64,000 nucleotides of DNA from Anthoceros angustus (lineage: Eukaryota; Plantae; Anthocerotophyta). This document shows, one piece after another, positions 1 through 13,364 of the stretch (the first letter of the stretch is position 1; each line of letters starts with the position of its first letter). Made by a program: the position numbers and the translations under genes. The notes under the pieces were generated by a model. It had not been told where the DNA came from, did not search any database, and was given only the letters and a program-made list of their open reading frames with translations. The stretch covers positions 612,856-676,855 of the forward strand of contig MU008176.1 of assembly GCA_010909165.1 (NCBI GenBank). The letters run 5' to 3'.

Positions 1-180
1 AATCAATCCTACGCTATTCGCTATTCAATCCTCGAATCCACGCTATTCACGCTATTCAATCGAATCCACGCTATTCGTTACGCTATTCAATCACGATCCC
101 TCGCTGTCGTTCGCTATTCAATCCGAATCCTCGCTATTCGTTCGCGTTGAATCACGAATCCTCGGCGTATCACGAGTCCC
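1..180. repeat. Degenerate short tandem repeat (CGCTATTC / AATC core)
   Basis: Recurrent 'cgctattc' and '(g)aatcc' words in variable ~20-35 bp units. Confidence 0.7.
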
Positions 181-547
181 GAGTTGTCTTCCTTCCGCCT
201 TCCGGTCCACCTAGTCGCGGGCCAAAACCACGACGATCGCTTGTGCTTGCGTACCGTTTTGAGTTGCCACCGCTAGTAGCCGGGATCTGCAGGTAGAGCC
301 AAGCTCGTGAGGTAGGTTGGTTGAGAGCTTGATTCATGACGCTACTTCACTTGTCTGCGGTTTAGCCTCCGGTGTATCTTTATGGCGTTGGCAGTGATCG
401 CCCGACCTGCGTTGTTGCGGTCAGTGTCGGTGGCCTCACGGTCATTGTATTCGAGTGGGATGAGACACAGGCGCCTTGGCTCCTCCTTGTCCTCTTATGC
501 GAGTAAGGGGCTCTGCCACCGGCGCCGTGCAGATCTCCCTCACGGTC

Positions 548-617
548 CTTTAAGATACGGCCAGATCTTCCTTTAAGATACGGCCAGATCTGGCCTTCTT
601 CCAGATACGGCCAGATT
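548..617. repeat. Three copies of AGATACGGCCAGAT
   Basis: Direct repeats read from the sequence. Confidence 0.75.
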
Positions 618-676
618 AGGTCTGGATTGGTAAGAGCCGGGCTAAGAGCGGGAAGCTTGGATGGCGGCCACGGTCC

Positions 677-820
677 GGCGCTTTCTAGTGTTTGCAGTGT
701 TGCGTTCAGGCGGCGCTTTCTAGTGCGTTCAGGCGGCGCTTTCTAGTGTTTGCAGTGTTGCGTTGAGCGGCGCTTTCTAGTGCGTTGATGGCGCTTTCTA
801 GTGTTTGCGGTGTTGCGTTC
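677..820. repeat. Five copies of GGCGCTTTCTAGTG with alternating long and short linkers
   Basis: Copies start at ~677, 712, 735, 769 and 790; the linkers are themselves repeated. Confidence 0.8.
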
Positions 821-2789
821 GGCAGCTCTCCCGTATCAAGACTGGAGTAAGCGCACATTCATTCCTCCGGATGCCTAAGCTTGTGGCAAAAGCTAGAGTT
901 TCATGCGGAGTCGGACCCGGGACCGAGACGTGCATTGGCGGCCCTCCTCGGTGAGGCTGGCCGATGCGATGACTGAGCCTTGATGACTAGCGTGAACTTG
1001 CATCTGGTGGAAAGCTGCGGGTGAGAAGCCATCGGACTGAAAGAGACATGGAGGAGAGTCAAGCAATCTAGAGCCCAATCTAGAGCCCGGCCATCTACAA
1101 CAACAACTTGGTTGAAGAAGAGAAGAGGAGGCAGAGTCAAATAGTCCACCAACAACAACTCGTAGCAAAGCTACCCGAGGACGAGGGAGGCGCGGATGAG
1201 CGTTTCAAGCGTGTGCGTAAAGGTTGTGGAAGATGATCTTTGTGAGAGGGGCACCGGAGGGGCACTCAAGAGGCGAGAGGGAGGGGGGGCAAAGTAAATG
1301 GAGTGGCAAAGGCTAAGGCAACACAGAATATCAAGGCTAAGGCCGACTGTGGATGACATGCACGAAAGTGAAACGGAGAGTGAAGATACCCAACTCGAAA
1401 CGGCATAGAAGAGAGATTTGGAGAGGCGGTGACGCATGGGGATGATAGAGGAGCAGTTGCAGCAGACGGCAAGGACAAGGTTGCGGAGTGTCCCCCGTGG
1501 AACAAGCGAGGGAGGTATGGGAGGTGCTTACAACCTCCCCGAGGTTTCATGGAGGCGTCGGAGGGGGGGCAAACTATTCAGGAGGAGCTAGAAAACGCAA
1601 GCAGGCCTAACCATGGTGCTGCGGATTTTGTCCAATGCGCAAAGGAGTGTGAGCGGCATGTGGCTGGCAACTTTGTGTCTCGACAGAAGTTTGGGGAGGC
1701 AGGCTTTCGGGAGATGCCGGCATGGGTTGCTGAACTTGCTCGCGGAGCCCCAACGTCAACTGAGGAGGGGCCAACAAATCAGCCAGAGCCCGCAGACGCC
1801 AGCAGGCTTGACCATGTTGCTGCTGATTTTGTCTCAGCCCCAATGGACTATGAGCGACATGTGCCTGCTCACCCTACTCCTCGAATCTTGCTCCGTGTCT
1901 GCATGTGCTCAAGGCTCAAATTCCAGCCATTTCTATTGACAATCCGCGATTCAAGTCCTTGCGGTAGCGGGACGGCCTCTAAGCGGCATGTGTTGTTGAG
2001 AAGGCACGAGGTGTGTCGTGGTCAACTCTTGATGACCCACCTCACCGAGTGTTGTGCCCAACCAGTTGAGCGCATCCTAGTGGTGAATGCTCCTCCGCCC
2101 CTAAGTCCAATGGCCTGGAATCTATGAGGATCAATGTTGGGTGGTGCTCCTCATGGGCTTCGACACGGATGTTTTGTTGCGTGATGAGGTGTTGGAAGTG
2201 CACGGCGGTCAAGCGGAGGTCCCGAGTCCATCCTCAACATAAAGGGAACATCCTCCACCGAGAGAACTCCACTTCCTTCGTGGTTCGAGGTCCAAGCAAC
2301 AAGAGAGTGAGGCGGATGCAGGAGGGGCATATTGCACCACAAAGGAAGAACCGAGCCACGTGGCGCCGATTTTTGACGCCTCATTCTTGGTTCCACAGAG
2401 GACATATGTCCCATGACAGTGCATGTCTCCCTCCTTGTCCAAGCTCTAATATAGATGGTTTCGTCATGTCATGTCTTTGGGTGCCTAGATTTATATTCCC
2501 AATTTTAGTCATGTGATTCAGTTGTGCTATCTGTCGAGCCTAAATTATTGTGTTGTTATTGCAGTGGATCAAGCATGATTCGACTCCTTTCTACACATGA
2601 AGGACCAATGTCATTGGAGCATGAAGTTTTTTGCAATCCTCTGTGTCTATCTTTTGATGATGAGCCACCGCAACCAAGTTACTGTGGAGACTAACCTCCG
2701 AGGGTGTTGTGACCTTGGGAAATGGAGGCTATTACATTGCGCTTTTCTCTAATACCTCCTTGAATTTTGGAGGAACAATCTTAGGGTCT

Positions 2790-3160
2790 CACCGTGGTTT
2801 TCTAGCCGGTGAAGAAGAGCAAGCCCAAGTCCGTGAAGGAGGAGCATTGGCAAGTCCTCCTCCAGCAAGAGAGGGACAAGATAGATGGAGTAGTCGCCCC
2901 TCCCGGAAAGATGGTCTGTGAGAAGGAAAGAGGCCGGAGATACTCGGACTCATGCTTTTGGTTTGGGTGGTCGAAGGTTTTGTGGCTCGTTTAAGCGCAG
3001 TTTGAAAGGGATCCCACCCACTCAAATTGAGGTACGAAACCACGGCAATTGGCTAAAAAGCTTGCTGCCTATTGGAAGGAGTCTTCCATGCCAAGACCTC
3101 GTGTGGTTCCCATGTTTGATCGAAAAGGGAAGAAGGAGAAGGCACCATGTGGAATGATTT
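2790..3160 (+). pseudogene. Frameshifted CACTA TnpA/Transposase_24-like fragment
   Basis: Peptides KPKSVKEEHWQVLLQQER and HAFGLGGRRFCGSFKRSLKGIPPTQIEVRNHG resemble Ptta/En/Spm accessory proteins, and lie inside the CACTA end. Confidence 0.4.
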
Positions 3161-3629
3161 GAGAGGTGCTGGCTATTCTATGACAGAGTGTGATGAGGAG
3201 GTCATGCGGGCAATCTTGAACAAGAGTGCAGGATGATGGCTTTTTGGTGAATCATTGGAATCCACGTCGGCATGAGGAAGAGTAGAAACCGATTCTGATT
3301 GTTGGTATTGGACTCACCTCAAATCACTTGGTTTGAAACTGTTGAGTTGGTTGTTGATAAGATGTTGATGTTCACTTTCATGATCCCATTTTGCAAGCTA
3401 GTCGTGTGTTTAGGGTGGAGGAATGAAGAAGGAATCTAGAAATGTAGGTCTACAGTAGGCTTCTCTTAAAGTAGACCAATGTAGAGTTCAGGGCACCGGA
3501 GAGTATTAATGCAACAGCATTCCCTGTAGGGCATTTTTGGGGAACTTGACTATAGCCCTACATATTGTTTGCAACAGCATATTGAGCAGAAATTATTTTT
3601 ATATTTTACAACAATTAATATCAAAATTT

Positions 3630-3880
3630 ACAACGGAATTAAAAGGAGAATTTACAATGGAATTAAAAAGGAGAATTTGAAACAAAATTAAAAGGAGAAT
3701 TTACTACTGAATTAAAAGGAGAATTTACAATGTAATTAAAAGGAGAATTTACAATGTAAGAGAATTTACAATGTAATTTAGAAGGAGAATTTACAACAGA
3801 ATTAAAAGGAGGATTTACTACTGAATTAAAAGGAGAATTTACAACAGAATTAAAAGGAGAATTTACAACGGACTTTACAA
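3630..3880. repeat. ~24-bp tandem array (GAATTAAAAGGAGAATTTACAAC)
   Basis: About ten recognisable units. Confidence 0.85.
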
Positions 3881-4109
3881 TGGAATTTAAAGCCGAATTT
3901 AGAACGGTTAGAATTTTTGGCCGGAAATGGTTTGAATTTCTGGTGGGAATTGGTTTTGAATTTTAAACCAGTAATTAATTAACTATAGTTACAATACTTG
4001 AGTTAATTAACTCTAGTTACTTAATCCCGATTAAAACCATAGTTAACTAAGCATTGTTAATTAACCGTAAGATGTTAACCATGATTAGTTTGTTGTAAAT
4101 TGCATATTG

Positions 4110-4330
4110 TAATGTCCAGAGTAGATGTTTTGTTGTAACTTCCAGTAGTAAATGATCTATTATAATTTATGGTAGTAGATATCCTATTGTAATTTAAAGT
4201 AGTAAATAACTTGTTATTAAATATAGTAGTAAATGTCCTGATGTAATATGTAGTAGTAAATATCCTGTTGCAATATCCAGTAGTAAATTACCCTTTTGTA
4301 ATGTATAGTCGTAAAATACGTGTAGTAATG
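4110..4330. repeat. ~27-bp degenerate tandem array (AGTAGTAAAT core)
   Basis: Repeated agtagtaaat...gtaat units. Confidence 0.7.
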
Positions 4331-6212
4331 TACAGTTGTAATAAGGTATACAGGCTGTGGCGTATAAATACATATATACCGTATAAATTATTTTATACAT
4401 ACGTATATACAATATTTGGTCATTTACAACAACCCTCTAATGCTATGTGTTTACAACGGCCTTTTTTACAACACCCGTTGTAAAAAGGTAGTAAAAGTCG
4501 TTGTAAAAGCCGTTGTAAAGTACGACTTTTTCCAGTAGTGTACCACCACCATGCAAGGCCTCTTCCTTTCCCGGGCTTTGGCGGGAACTTTGTAGCATGA
4601 ACATTTATGAAGGAGGTATAGGGTTTACGGTAAAGTACATTAGCGGGAAAAAAATAATAATAACACAAGGATGTATTGCTGAATAATTCTCCATTTATAG
4701 GCAAACCGACCTTGGATCTCTATATTTGTTTAGGGTTTAGCATATGGCACAAAGCCGAAGCCCAAGGAAACCCCTGGTTGAGGGTCTTTCCAACCACATC
4801 CCCAAGAACTTAACCGAGATTCCCCTATGCGAAGCCCAAGGAACCTAAAGCCTGGTTAGAATTATAGATGCATATAACTCTATCCATGGGTTAAAACATA
4901 TGAGCATATGCTCTTGTGTGTAACCCATGGTTAGGGCTGTGGTAAACCTTTAAGCCATGGTCCATGTCCAGCTTGACTGGCCTAGGAATCTTTTTGACTT
5001 TACTCGAGTTTAGCAAGCACGCGCATGCATGTTTGTTTCTGATAGTGCAGTTTGGGCACGCCGGAGATGTTCGACGCACATGCGACCATTGGTGCAGTGC
5101 ACATGGCATAAAAGGTGGGCACCTAAGCTTCTTCCCCATACCATTCTTGCTTTGTGTTGCAGTTTTTGTCTTTTGTGCATGGGGTGCTTGGCAACTAGTA
5201 GTGCGCGCATTTGGAATGCGAAGCCACCCCCTGTGCAACTCGTGAGTCTTTGAGTTCTTTCTCGTTTTCCTTTCTCTCTTGCGTGCTTGGGTGCTGAGTT
5301 CTCCTTCACTGGGGTTTTATGGCATGCATGATGCAGGGTTTGGTTGTCATTAACAAGCATCATGGACCCATACCTTAGCGACGAGTATGACCTCCATATC
5401 TATTACGCGGACGACCGAAAGGAGTTCACCCATCTCATCGACAAGCCTGCTTCGCTCTCACACCGTTACTTGTGGCGCATGATGGCCTTAGTTTGCAAGC
5501 ATTTGCATAAGCTAGACCTTGTGCGAAACGAGGTGGACATGTTTGAGAGGCATACGAGCATCTCAGAGGGGGAGGCCGGGGGTTGGGAGGGTCTGGGCCT
5601 CGCGAGGCCAAGACCCTTAATATAATCCTCCTCATGGATGGTGGCTAGGGGAGCCACCCTTTGCAGCACTTGCTTCATGTGAGCCATGGCAGCACACACC
5701 AAGCGCCACAACCATCCCAACTTTACAGTCACCCACCTAGACAGAAAGTACATACCTCTCCCACTCTTCGGTGCAACACCCAACTACTTAGAATTGCCGC
5801 ACACTTCCGACCTACGAAAATTCCACACTCCGTGTGGTTACCCAAGTCTACTGCGTTCTCCGTTACGCTCCTCTAGAGACTACTGTCGTAGCGAACAAAC
5901 AAACCCCTAGCTTTTAAAGCCTCTTTAGGTGTTTTGAGAACTACAGTGTGAACGGAACCAGTCTCCGGCACGAACTTCTGTCAACTATGGTTCAAGATAA
6001 AACATGACGTGATAACCCTGGTTACACCCATTGCATAATAATATTAATTCGGCATCAGTAATATGATCACATGCCTCAGGTGGCAAGTCCGTAGAAGGCA
6101 CCCATGCTTGAGGTTGTACCCTAGTGTCAAGGTGTGGCAAGTGGCATGAAGCCAAGTACTTCATGTGCTCCTTGCACCTACGGCCATTCTTCCTTTCAAA
6201 GTTAATTACGTC

Positions 6213-6850
6213 CTATTCTTCAACTTTGGTTATCCGGTGAATCATCTTGCCAGTACTAAGATCTAACATGCTTGAGATGCACAAAATCACTAGGCTTAAA
6301 TTTTCAAGCCTTAGGCTTCCTCCTCTAGTAAATGCATATCGTAGTTGATCTCGATGGGCAATCGAGGTTTGATCCATGGCTATAGAGAGAACCCTCTTCA
6401 ACAACTCGGCCCTGGTTTGTAGCTCAGCCAAGCATGCACCTGCATCTCTGCTCCAACTGGCGGGTCTTAAATAGATATTCTGCTTAGATGTTAGGCAAGA
6501 CTGGATGTCTGCCAAAGAGGATGTAAAAAAGGTTGAAATTCCCAAGTGCTGCATGTACACTCACACGTAGCCCAAAGCAATTTAAGGCAACACCTCATCC
6601 TAACAATTTGGCTCCACTGTAATTCAATACTTCCTGAGAGCATCCTTGAATGTCTGAACAAGTCGCTCTACCATGCCATCTACCTGTGGATGATCTTTTG
6701 ATGTCCTACTGTGATCAACGAGGCTCCTATCCAACAAGGCTTGAAAATCTCCTTGAAATTCATTCCCTTGCTTTGTAAACACTTTGACACAACTACCATA
6801 CTTGCTGAGAACACACTCGGGAAAAGCTTTGAAGGTGTATTACGATGTCC
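6213..6850 (-). pseudogene. Ty3/Gypsy integrase remnant
   Basis: Minus strand reads IDHSRTSKDHPQVDGMVERLVQTFKDALRKY (rve core) and LQTRAELLKRVLSIAMDQTSIAHRDQLRYAFTRGG. It is the same family as the integrase at 49.5-50.3 kb. Confidence 0.8.
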
Positions 6851-8787
6851 TCATCGAACAGCGTCTCATCAAAAGAGGGATAGTCTCCGATCCTTTTTTT
6901 CGACTACTTACTATCTTTAAAACATGTCGAATTTGAAATGCATTTCAATACATTTCGAAATTCTCCAAATCATACTCTTGCATCTGAGAACCTCTCGAAA
7001 ATAAGCCGAGAAATTGTCAATTCAGATGTTGCAATAACTTATTGCAACATCCGAATCCGAACAATGCCTAAGTAAGCAAAGGAGAGTGGTTGGGTATCCG
7101 ACAAACTAAGCATACCCGATCAAATTTCCCAAAAGATTCTAAGGAACCTGAAGGAAATGCACAAAATTTGTCACCAACTCTCTACAAAAGTCATTTATCA
7201 AACTACGTCTGCTAAAATTTGTGAGGCTCTATGTTTTTTGGGGCTCAAGAATCGAAAGAGTGTTTCCATCACGAATGTTACTTACCTATGTCTTCATTCC
7301 CTTGTTCCAAATTATTACGCAATCGACTCGACTCCACTAGGCCTGTGACAGGTTTTTGAAAATAGTAACTGCTCCCGTAGCTACACTTCGTTGCCACGAC
7401 CCTCAAATTGTTCTCTTCCTCTTGCCAACTTTGTTTTGGTAAAGAATATAACCATTGCCAAGCCATTTGGTATCAATACCATAGTATGCCCAAGCTGGAC
7501 CCTTTGTTTCATGTTATCCTTGTAAAGGGTGCCCGAGACTCCCTCATGCGAATTCTTCTGAGTGAGACCACCTAATAATAATTCGTACTTATAATCTTCA
7601 TCATATAGAGGAGTACCTCAAAGAAGAGCCATCCGAATTCCCCACCTAAAATAAATAGATTACACTAATTTCATTTTAAACAACATAGACATCCAAAGTC
7701 TCCTCCTAAATCTTCTACTTACAAAAGGCTGGAGCCGGTGGGGCTTCTTTATGGTGACAAGTAATACAGCGGGTGCTGTGCACATGGACATCGCTCTTGC
7801 CAATAAACTCTCATTCCGGTAGTGATATGCATACAATACATAGCCATAATGTGTCCAAATGGCTTAGGCCAAATGGACACACATTTATAAGAAGGCCGTG
7901 ATTAAGCATCCTGAGCTTAGATCGGTACTTAGATGGGGTGCTAAGCTCGGTACTTAGATGGGGTGCCTAAAGGGAGTGGATGCCCTTGGTGCAAGTAGCT
8001 TAGGCACACCATGGTACAAGTTGTCAAGTACCAAGTCCCATGACGGAAATCCGTCCTTAGTGGACTCAAATAAAATTCTTCTTCTTCTTCATAACGCCAT
8101 AACCCTATTTTGACTGCCCCGGCCGGATATCCATGTACCGAATGAGATGTCCCAGCTCGTGCGACCCGTTATCACCTCAAGGAGATGGTAGATAGGGCCT
8201 GATAGCCCGAAAGCGAGGCCTGAAGACCATCACATTTGTGGTCCTCGGGCGGAGGGGTAGTCAAGGCCGTGAAGCAACGGTCCACATCGAGCGTCTTTAT
8301 ATTCAGGTAGGAGTCCAATTTCCAGAAGGTTCGCTTCCGCTGTACTATTATTCTTTTCGTAACGAAAAGAATTCTGCTTCTTATATTCCTTTCATGACAG
8401 CTGAGATAATCGACATTGACTGGCACTGACGGCATTGCGAGGGAGGCTAACAGGGGCTAACAAGCATTCCGCGCGTGGTCTGTCAGACAAGCTCCTACTT
8501 ATGCTTGTAAAATATCATAAATCGTCTGTCGAGTCGGAAAAGTGCTGGTTTCGTGTCCAAACGTGGGGATGCTCCAGAAGCTCTTTTGCTGGTGAGACTC
8601 CGTATTCACCACCCCTTCCTGCCGGAGCCGTAGCTGCCAAGCTGCTGCCAAGCTGGGCAGGTTGTTTCTGCGTGTGCTGTCTCACATCTGCTGCTCCCTG
8701 GGAATGCATTGGCCTGAGTCCGTGACGGTGGGCTTGGCAGGGAGGCTTTCGGAGATGGGCTCATCCCCTCCCCGAGCGCAGCTCGTC

Positions 8788-11700
8788 ATGGCCAATTCGC
8801 CCAAGCGTGTTGCGGGATTCGCGTTTCTGCTGTGGGCAGTTGCGGTTCTGGGCTGGGGGTGTGGGATTGCCATGGCGGATGCTGGATCGGACGGGAAGTT
8901 CCTGCTGGCCTTCAAAGCTGGTCTGGATGACCCGGACCAGACGCTTTCCAGTTGGAATGCGTCGGTCCCGGTGTGCGAATGGGAGGGGGTGGCTTGCAAT
9001 TTGGCAGGGAATGTGACGGGGCTGACACTAGATTCCAGCAGGATCTCGGGGCCTCTCAGCCCGGCGCTCTGCGGCATCTCTACTCTGCAGACTCTGTTCG
9101 TGTCCAACACGAGTATCAACGGGAGCTTCTCGGCGGGCCTCTTCAACTGCACTGGCTTGACTGCCCTCACGGTGAAGGCAAGTGCCATGGGAGGCCCGCT
9201 CCCTGACGGCTTCTCTGCTTTCACGGGGCTGCAGGAGCTGGACCTGTCCAACTGTTCTTTCTCCGGCAGCCTGCCTCCGTCCATGGGAGATATGGTGCAG
9301 CTTACCAGCTTGAACATGTCGTACAACCAGCTCACGGGAGGGATTCCGAGCTTGTTCCAGAAGCTGGCCGGGCTGCAGTACCTGCTGCTGCACAACAACC
9401 GGCTGAACGAGACCATTCCTGACTTCATCGGGAGTCTGCAGGAGCTGGTTTTCCTGGACTTGGCTTATAACCAGGTGAGTGGAGGGATTCCTGATTCCAT
9501 CGGGAAGCTTTCCAAGCTGGTGTGCCTGTCTCTTGGGGGCAACACACTCTCCGGGGGTATTCCACAAAACATCACCAGGCTACAGTCTCTCTCTACGTTG
9601 TTGCTGTATGCGAATCAGCTCACCGGGGGATTTCCTCCAGGGATGGGAGGAATGAAGAACATGACGGATTTCGAAGGCGATCAGAACGGGTTGGATGGGC
9701 CTTTACCACCTGATTTGGGTCAGTGGACGCGGCTGCAAATATTCACTATTGCTGTCAATGGCATAACGGGAGGCATTCCTCAAGGATTGAGTAATCTCAC
9801 CGAGCTCCGGGCACTGTCTGTGTTCCAAAACCAGATGAACGGAACCTTACCTCAAGACTTTGGATTCAACAACACTCAGCTCAAACGGTTTGAGGTCAGC
9901 AGCAATTACTTCTCGGGATCTGTGCCTCCATATTTGTGCAACGGAGGCAGGCTTCACAGCCTTGCACTGGCGAACAACTCCTTCACTGGAGACTTCCCAA
10001 GCACGTACGCGAATTGCAGCTCCCTCACAGCACTGGGCCTTAACAACAACTACCTCACGGGCAACATTCCAGACGAGTTATGGGGCAGCTCTGTTCTGTT
10101 TTACCTGGAAATCTCTTCAAACAACTTCAGTGGCAGCATCCCTCCGGAAGTTGGCGGTGCGGTAACCAGATCCACCATGAACATCAACAACAACGCCTTC
10201 TCAGGTACTCTTCCTTCGGAAATAGGACAAATGGCTGATCTCGTCCGCTTCCATGCTAGCAACAACAGGTTCGAAGGACCTATTCCAGCGACCCTCGGCC
10301 AGCTGAAGAACCTGCAAGAGCTGGACCTTGATTCCAACCTGCTGTCCCAGCCCATCCCTGATACCATTGGTGACTGTGTGTCATTGACCAAGCTCACACT
10401 GGCGAACAATCAGCTGTCCGGCTCCATCCCAGCTTCTCTGTCCCAGCTGCCTAGACTGACTGTTTTGGACCTCTCCAGCAACAGACTCACCGGGACAATC
10501 CCTCCCGGCCTCGGGAGTGCTAACCAGACTTCCATGACCTTGAACGTCTCCAACAACGTCCTGACCGGGCCTCTGCCATTAGCCTACAGTGGGGGAGGAT
10601 TCAGTGAAGATTTTCTGGATAACCCAGGGCTGTGCGGCCCAGGGTTGCTGGTGCCAACACCATGCCCCACTCCTGCTGCTGCCAGATGGCCATGGATAGT
10701 GGGGTGCACATTCGGTGTGGCAGCATTGCTGCTGGTTGCAGGTTGCTTCTGCTTCATCCGCAAGTACCGGAAACACCGGACCAAGGGTGGACGGTCGTGG
10801 AACATGTCATCCTTCCAGAAGGTGGAGTTCACAGAGTACGACCTGGTGCAGAGCCTTAGGGAGGAGAATGTGGTTGGCAAGGGTGCGGCAGGCAAGGTGT
10901 ACAAGGTGACGCTACCGGACGGCCAGACTGTGGCTGTGAAGAAGCTGCACGGCAGCGGGAGCTGTGATTCCAAGCACGGGGACTACGGGTTCAAAGCCGA
11001 GGTGGAAACCCTGGGTAAGAACACTCGCCATCGCAACATCGTGAAGCTGCTCTGCTGCTGCAGCAGCCGGGACTGCAACCTGCTGGTGTACGAGTACATG
11101 AAGCACGGCAGCCTGGGCCAGCTGCTTCACCACTCCCCCAACGGGGCAGTCTTGGACTGGTCTACCCGATTGCGCATCGCTGTGGGCGCTGCAAACGGCT
11201 TGGTCTACCTGCATCACGACGCACCAGACGGCCAGATCCTGCACCGAGACGTGAAATCCAACAACATCCTGGTGGACGGGGATTGGGAGGCCCGGTTGTC
11301 GGACTTCGGCCTGGCTAAGCTCCTGGAGACATACAACAAAGGGGACTTCACTGCCACTCGGCTGGCAGGATCTGCAGGGTACATCGCACCAGGTGAGCAC
11401 AACAACATAGTTGCAGATCTGCCTGCGTTCCAGTTTCCTTTGCTTCTATGTATGTGAATTAGGGCCTAACCTGCAGGATTACATGATGGTGTTGGTGTGC
11501 AGAGTATGGGTACACATTCAAGGTCACGGAAAAGAGTGATGTCTACAGCTTCGGGGTGGTGCTGCTGGAGCTGGTGACCGGGATGAGGCCCATCGAGCCG
11601 GAAGTGTATGGGGAAGGGGCCAGCATTGTGAACTGGGTTCTGGACAAGTGCGGCAGCGAGGAGGGAAAGGTGGAGGTACTGGACTCCAGGTTGGTGTGGG

Positions 11701-11864
11701 AGGGGGAGGAGAGCATGCTTAATGTGCTGCAGGTAGCTCTGCTGTGCACTAACCAGGCTCCCAGCAAGCGCCCCTCCATGCACGAGGTGGTGGACATGCT
11801 TGTGCATTGCGGGGCCCCGAGTGAGCAGGAAAATTTGCTGAAGTTGGTTGGTCCAGGCACTTAA
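8788..11864 (+). CDS. LRR receptor-like kinase, subfamily XI (HAESA/HSL-like); join(8788..11392,11503..11864), ~988 aa
   Basis: Signal peptide after ATG 8788 (gtcATGG context), N-cap CEWEGVAC, ~21-22 plant LRRs, C-cap NPGLCG..PC and TM helix WIVGCTFGVAALLLVAGCFCFI. Kinase motifs: GKGAAGKVYK, VAVKKL, HRDVKSNNIL, DFGLAK. A GT..AG intron at 11393-11502 splits GYIAP/EYGYTFKVTEKSDVYSFG at the position typical of this family. The spliced length of 2967 nt is divisible by 3, with stop TAA at 11862-11864. Confidence 0.95.
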
Positions 11865-12399
11865 TGACCGCCTTCTGTCTCTTGAAAAGACAAGTCTAGA
11901 CGCATAGAGTAACACCCCTCACTGCACAGCTAGTAAAGAAGCGACAAGTGCTGGCTTCCCAGCCGTCTAGGACCTCGCCAGTTTACTCCACAAGAAACTT
12001 GGTCGATTCACAGGGCTCTCAACCTTGCGACATAGCACTCGGCTCCAAGTAGCCCACCGTTCACCCGTTCACTGACCGACTCACAGGCAACATCCTCGAG
12101 GTGCTGTTCTTTATTGGTCGCCGCTGCAGTTTGGGCAGTGTCTCTCGCGACGTAGATTCGTGCCGCCGGAGTCATCGCGGCGTAGGGTAGTGTGACTTAC
12201 TTGGTGTGGGTCACCCCGGGCAGGGCGCTAGTAGGAGGGGCAGTTAGTTAGTCAGGCGCCGGTACGAGAGGTTAGTAGAGTCAGAGAGGTCAGTCAAGGA
12301 GGGCACACCCTCCATCCGTGCGGGGAAGGGCTCCCCCACTCCTTTATGGGAACGAAACCTCATGCGAATCGGCGATTGGGATAAGTGCCGCTACGGTGA

Positions 12400-13135
12400 G
12401 GGTTGGGGTCCCGGGAACCTCCCACCACAAGTGTGCACCCGGCTAGTCCGTCAGCGAAAGTACGCCGATACCAACATATCCACATACACATGGAATGTAC
12501 GCCCCCAGTCCGACCCTTTCAAAATTGGTGCACTTATCAAAGTGTTCAACAAATCCAGGAACGCCATCTCTTTGTGTTCCGATCCCGTTCAATCCTATTT
12601 CTTCCTTAATAGCTCTGAAAGAATTGCAACTTGTTTAGCAAAGTCCTTGATAAACCTTCAATAGTAGCCCACCATACCCAGGAACCCCCATAGTTCCTTC
12701 AGGTTTGTTGGTGGAAGGAGGGACTTGATGACCTTCACCTTATCTTGATCTACCTAAATTCCTCTGCTGGAGACGCATTGGCCCAATAGGATCCCCTTCG
12801 TCATTTGAAAGTAGCACTTTTCTGGGTGTAAGCACAGCTGTGTTTCTCGACAACACTCCAGATACTTCCTTAGGTGTTCCACATGCTTGTCTTCATCCCC
12901 ATGAACGCAAAAGTCGTCCAAGAACACCTCCATGAAATCCCTTAAAAACTCGCGGAAGACATTGGTTACCATTCTCTTGAAGGACCCTGGCGCCCCCGTC
13001 ATTCCAAGTGCACTTCATTTGTAGGAGAACATTCCCCATTCCATGGTAAAGATAGTTTTGTCCCAGTCCGACTCCCGCAGATGTAATTAATTGTACCTTG
13101 AATACCCATTCAAGAAGGAGTAGGTCATTCGTTCG
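12400..13135 (-). pseudogene. Ty3/Gypsy (Athila/Tat-like) RT-RNase H remnant
   Basis: YSFLNGYSRYN, FREFLRDFMEVFLDDFCVHG, LHPEKCYF, GFLGMVGYY and APILKGSDW, interrupted by stops and frameshifts. Confidence 0.85.
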
Positions 13136-13364
13136 GCAACCTTATCCGAACTGTAGGATGGGGATCTGCTTTGGGCGTGAGCCTCCTCCGGGGCTATACA
13201 CACACAAATTTCAGCAGAAACACATACCCACGATGTTACAAATGACATACATTCATGAACTCATGCTACACTTCAGAAAACCTTTCTTCTACTTCACACG
13301 GGCTACAGATACAGCCTAACCTTCGCACAAATGACAGGGTGCTAAACAATTCATGCTGGTGTAC

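Larger units (their letters stand above)
1..4540 (+). mobile_element. Right-hand part of a CACTA (En/Spm) DNA transposon; the other end lies outside the window
   Basis: Ends in TTTTTCCAGTAGTG at 4540 (reverse complement CACTACTGGAAAAA, a typical CACTA TIR). It is preceded by TTACAAC/GTTGTAA subterminal repeats in both orientations (4425-4520) and AT-rich tandem arrays. The left extent is assumed. Confidence 0.72.

Noticed and set aside
677-820. CRISPR-like array of GGCGCTTTCTAGTG
   Set aside because: Repeat only 14 bp, linkers short and themselves repeated, no cas genes, eukaryotic context.
5344-5625. 93-aa ORF (MDPYLSDEYDLHIYYADD...)
   Set aside because: Protein-like but short and unrecognised; not enough support to call a feature.
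7468-7475. TGGTATCA resembling an iMet primer-binding site
   Set aside because: Only 8 nt match, and no adjacent LTR end or matching element orientation.
8662-8787. N-terminal extension of the LRR-RLK in the ORF track, and read-through to 11457
   Set aside because: ATG 8788 gives a normal signal peptide and good context; the ORF tail after 11392 is intron.
8682-11915. Antisense and alternate-frame ORFs over the LRR-RLK
   Set aside because: Shadows of a GC-rich coding sequence; no independent motifs.
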